18,875 nucleotides of DNA. It comes from Promethearchaeota archaeon (lineage in GTDB: Archaea; Asgardarchaeota; Odinarchaeia; Odinarchaeales; JBHLKK01). The stretch lies in NCBI GenBank assembly GCA_048939465.1, contig JBHLPL010000031.1, forward strand, positions 1 to 18,875. Reading direction: 5' to 3'. Positions 16,018 through 18,875 of the stretch are shown in pieces (positions within the stretch are counted from its first letter, which is position 1; each line of letters starts with the position of its first letter). The notes beneath the pieces are model-generated. The model was not told the DNA's origin and did no database searches. It was given only the letters and a program-made list of their open reading frames with translations. The translations under genes were made by a program, and so were the position numbers.

Positions 16018-17301
16018 ATGGGGAGGACTTTTTTGGCTAGACCGCGTAGCTCCGTTTTCACATTAACCTTGGTTCTTGCACTATGGGTTTTTATGATGCC
16101 AAGCGCCTCTGCTGCGGACAGCGCTTTCTCTTGGGCAACTCCAGCTAACATATCTTTCACAAGTTCCAACGTATTTACCTCTTCGGTTGACAGGGGATTG
16201 GCTGTCGATCCACAGGGATACATACACGTCGTATATTACGGTTCTCAGGAGATATTCTATGTCAATAATTCGCGCGGTCACTGGAGCAATCCCTACAATG
16301 TAACTCAAAACGATGTTCTTGATCAATATTCAACAATCGCAGTTGACGGAGAAGGCAATATCCATCTGGCCTATTCAGGATACGACTCACACGATATGGA
16401 GATCTTCTACGTCAACAAGACTGCCAGCGGCTGGAGTATACCCGTCAATCTGTCCAAAAATGGTGATATCGACAGGGTGGTTTCAATAGGCGTTGACAGT
16501 AAAGGGTTTGTTCACGTTGCATGGTATGGGAGGGATGGTAGTTCCTTAAATGATTATGAGATCTTTTACGCAAACAACGCCCAGGGCTTTTGGATTTCAC
16601 CTTTGAACGTCACAAGCGATGATCTACCGTATGCTTTTAATCCTTCTATCGCGATCGATTCCCAGGATAAGGTTCATATAGTCTGGGAGGGGCGAGACGA
16701 CAGTACATTCTACGATTACGAGATCTTCTACGCGAATAATCTTGGGGGATCTTGGGTGATAGCAAATGTAACTCAGAATGAGGTGTATGATAATAGCCCC
16801 TCGATAGGCCTCGACAGTGACGGCGTTGTTCATCTGGCATATCAGCAGTACGTTAGCATTGGCGAAGATTTGGGACTATTTGGCATATTCTATGTAAGCA
16901 AATCCGGTACCGGATGGACAACACCCGTCAATCTTAGTGCCACGGGGAGCCTAATAGCGTATCTCTCGCTTGCAGTCGATAGGGAGGACAACATCCATCT
17001 GGCTTTCAGTCAAATTGAGCATTCTGATTTTGAGATCTTCTACCTTAATAGGTTGGAGGGAAATTGGAGTCTGCCGGTTAATATAACCCAAAATGACCTA
17101 GATGAGATTGCTCCCAACTTGGTTGTAGATGAACAGGGAGATGTACACATAGTATACTACAAAGATGCGCCATACGATCATAATGTTCGGTATGTTAGGA
17201 GTATTGAGCCCTTTAGACTCCCACTTCTGGCGATATATATTGCTGTCCCTTTGGCAGGAATCACGCTCGGGGTCGTAGTATTGCTACTGAGGAGAAGATG
17301 A
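16018..17301 (+). CDS. Secreted, C-terminally membrane-anchored seven-repeat beta-propeller surface protein
   Basis: Signal peptide ending PSASA. Seven ~50-aa repeats P.N.[ST]...[IL]A[VI]D..G.[IV]H...EIFY.N....W. C-terminal TM followed by RRR. Confidence 0.85.
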   Translation: MGRTFLARPRSSVFTLTLVLALWVFMMPSASAADSAFSWATPANISFTSSNVFTSSVDRGLAVDPQGYIHVVYYGSQEIFYVNNSRGHWSNPYNVTQNDVLDQYSTIAVDGEGNIHLAYSGYDSHDMEIFYVNKTASGWSIPVNLSKNGDIDRVVSIGVDSKGFVHVAWYGRDGSSLNDYEIFYANNAQGFWISPLNVTSDDLPYAFNPSIAIDSQDKVHIVWEGRDDSTFYDYEIFYANNLGGSWVIANVTQNEVYDNSPSIGLDSDGVVHLAYQQYVSIGEDLGLFGIFYVSKSGTGWTTPVNLSATGSLIAYLSLAVDREDNIHLAFSQIEHSDFEIFYLNRLEGNWSLPVNITQNDLDEIAPNLVVDEQGDVHIVYYKDAPYDHNVRYVRSIEPFRLPLLAIYIAVPLAGITLGVVVLLLRRR

Positions 17302-17620
17302 AGATGCTACTTCAGAAGAGAGATTGAGGAAAAAAGAAAGTGGAGAGGGGTTCTTCAATAATGAGGTTTTTGAGGACTGCCCCTCAGAAGCTAGCAAGCT
17401 GGCCCCCGTCCAGACTTATCGACAGAATAAGACTAGGGACCTCCCGCATCCGTGACCTATGACTCGAGTCCCCAGAACCCTGTTCAACTCAAACCTCATA
17501 AGAAGAAGGGTCTGAAGCCCTAAAGAACTTTCGATTCTTCGCGAGGATGGGATGCCAGAAAAGTTGGCAAAGGCATGGAGAACTCATTTACTAGCAAGAA
17601 AGGAAGGGATCAGGATATTC

Positions 17621-17785
17621 TCAGGAAATCAAACCTAGACCTAATCTGAGGAGGACGCCCTTATTTCCACAATTGCTACACTTGAACAGGAACAGGTCAT
17701 CAATTGTGTGGCCAGAGTTTGTTATGATAGAGCCGCAGTATGGGCAGAACCTCATTTTTCTGCTATCTTCAGCAATCATTTTCAT
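17621..17785 (-). CDS. Small Zn-ribbon protein (54 aa)
   Basis: MRFCPYCG-x17-CSNCG. ATG 17785 follows an AGGAG SD, and a pyrimidine tract follows the stop. Confidence 0.7.
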   Translation of the reverse strand: MKMIAEDSRKMRFCPYCGSIITNSGHTIDDLFLFKCSNCGNKGVLLRLGLGLIS

Positions 17786-18066
17786 AGTCTCCTGATCCCT
17801 TAATATAGAAGATGAAAAATTCGCCTTAAAAAAGATTTGCATCACTTGCGAAAATCAAGAACGGTACATGATTTATATACGTGATTTTCATAAGATAATA
17901 CCGCTGATTGCGAATACCGAAACAATTCCTCCATTTTTTGGCATCGTAATTATGTTCAGCCATTTGGCAAGGTAGTTTGCCGGAGGCTCTGGGCCAGTGC
18001 GTGACAACCTTTTGATAGAGAGAATATCCAAATTCACCGAATTGTTCAATGACGTGCTTAGGAATC

Positions 18067-18074
18067 TTTAAATA
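18067..18074 (+). promoter_or_regulatory. Candidate TATA box for the FAD oxidoreductase transcript
   Basis: TTTAAATA, predicting a start site near 18097-18101. Confidence 0.4.
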
Positions 18075-18414
18075 CATCAACAATGAGAATTTGAAACGTT
18101 TGGGGGGGGGTCCTGAAAACTGCTCCTCCCTTACAGAAGGAGCTTATTACTGTGCTTGACCACAATTCCCTTTCAGGCCTTGGCTTTATCACGCGTGAAA
18201 TCAGGGGGAGGTTTGCAGCGCCCCAGCCCGGTAATCCGCGCACAGCGTCGGGCTTAAGAGTCTGTCTCATCCATTCCCCCCACAGGTCATTAACCGTTTC
18301 CACATCAGAGAGAGGTGTGCCTTTAGACCTATTGGAATATTTACCACAGAAGTACTTAAGGACTGCTCGATCCCTCTCCGCCCTTTTGGACGGAGCCTCC
18401 TTGAGGTGGTTCAG

Positions 18415-18875
18415 ATGAAGGAAATCGACGTACTTATAGTCGGTGCAGGAATCCTTGGACTGGCCTCCGCCTATCATCTTAAGCATAAACATCCAGACAA
18501 ATCCGTTCTGTTGGTAGACAGGAATAGCGCCGCAGGACAAGGAAACACAGCCAAGAGCGCGGCTCTTTTCAGGAATGTTTTCTCATCCCCCACCAACTTC
18601 ATGCTTGCTGATAGCTCTGTTGATTTCTATGTTCACGCTCAAAATGAACTTGGCTATGACTTAGGCCTTAAGAAGCTTGGCTATATGTGGCTTCTGAGTA
18701 GCAGGCAATATGGAAGATACGTTTCGATTTTTGAAGAAATGATGAAGAATGATGTGGAATTGAAAACCTTCGAAAAAGAAGACCTGACCAGAATGATTCC
18801 TGGAATCAATCTGGAGTTTGACCCAGATGATGAGGAAGCTAGGATACTGGGTCTGGAGAATATCGAGAAAGGTGT
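18415..18875 (+). CDS. FAD-dependent oxidoreductase, DAO / sarcosine oxidase beta family (5' partial, not in ORF track)
   Basis: My translation is MKEIDVLIVGAGILGLASAYHLKHKHPDKSVLLVDRNSAAGQGNTAKSAALFR..., with a GxGxxG motif and an N-terminal G.G.T..S motif. GAGGTG SD at 18403-18408. Open to the window end. Confidence 0.92.
   Translation, partial: MKEIDVLIVGAGILGLASAYHLKHKHPDKSVLLVDRNSAAGQGNTAKSAALFRNVFSSPTNFMLADSSVDFYVHAQNELGYDLGLKKLGYMWLLSSRQYGRYVSIFEEMMKNDVELKTFEKEDLTRMIPGINLEFDPDDEEARILGLENIEKG

Noticed and set aside
17302-17620. Possible sRNA or small ORFs (e.g. a 33-aa ORF at 17361) between the propeller and Zn-ribbon genes
   Set aside because: Only short hairpins, no C box (RUGAUGA), and no motif in the peptides.
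17826-18083. 85-aa minus-strand ORF
   Set aside because: TTG start without an SD, no recognisable motif, and it spans TATA-like elements in AT-rich DNA. It cannot be supported, though it is not excluded.
18083-18094. ATG AGA ATT TGA in frame with the downstream open frame, a possible selenocysteine readthrough
   Set aside because: There is no selenoprotein-like context or homology, no recognisable SECIS, and the ATG is too close to the TATA box to be transcribed from it.
18133-18147. ACAGAAGGAGCTTAT resembles the RNase P RNA 3' conserved region (CR-V)
   Set aside because: The P4 strand is one nt short, there is no upstream GAGGAA(A)GUCC-type CR-I partner, and the upstream 300 nt are AT-rich and unstructured.
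18165-18184. Minus-strand CCAAGGCCUGAAAGGG resembles SRP RNA helix 8
   Set aside because: It lacks the AGCA/AGCAG pairing partner, and I could not identify helix 6 or an Alu domain.
1-18875. tRNA, rRNA, CRISPR arrays and IS/transposase genes
   Set aside because: I saw no T-loop (GTTCRA) cloverleaf, regularly spaced 25-40-bp repeats, terminal inverted repeats or transposase motifs.

Overview
Archaeal chromosomal window (TATA/BRE-type promoters, GAGGTGA-type Shine-Dalgarno sites, and archaeal versions of HypA/HypB and a geranylgeranyl-reductase-family flavoprotein). An Asgard or Bathyarchaeia-like host is only a guess from gene content. It is a patchwork of metabolic, metal and redox genes: four class I SAM methyltransferases (one is a clear ArsM preceded by an HgcC-like AbrB-fold gene), an iron-sulfur flavoprotein, a Roadblock/profilin-like protein with a polybasic tail, hypA plus an ATPase-type hypB, glnA, a metallophosphoesterase, a CoA-disulfide reductase/NADH oxidase, a cupin, a SagB-type nitroreductase, a 13-Cys four-TM membrane protein, a CxxC NifU-like small protein, a GGR/FixC flavoprotein with a variant FixX-like ferredoxin, a membrane-anchored 7-repeat beta-propeller, a small Zn-ribbon gene missed at its true start, and the 5' part of a DAO-family FAD oxidoreductase behind a ~315-nt GC-rich structured leader. 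I saw no tRNA, rRNA, CRISPR array or transposase. The most notable items are the hgcC-arsM pair with a 4x9-bp TCAGA array at its promoter, the Cys-rich membrane protein, the Roadblock-like polybasic protein and the structured leader. All family calls come from motif recognition by eye; no database searches were run.
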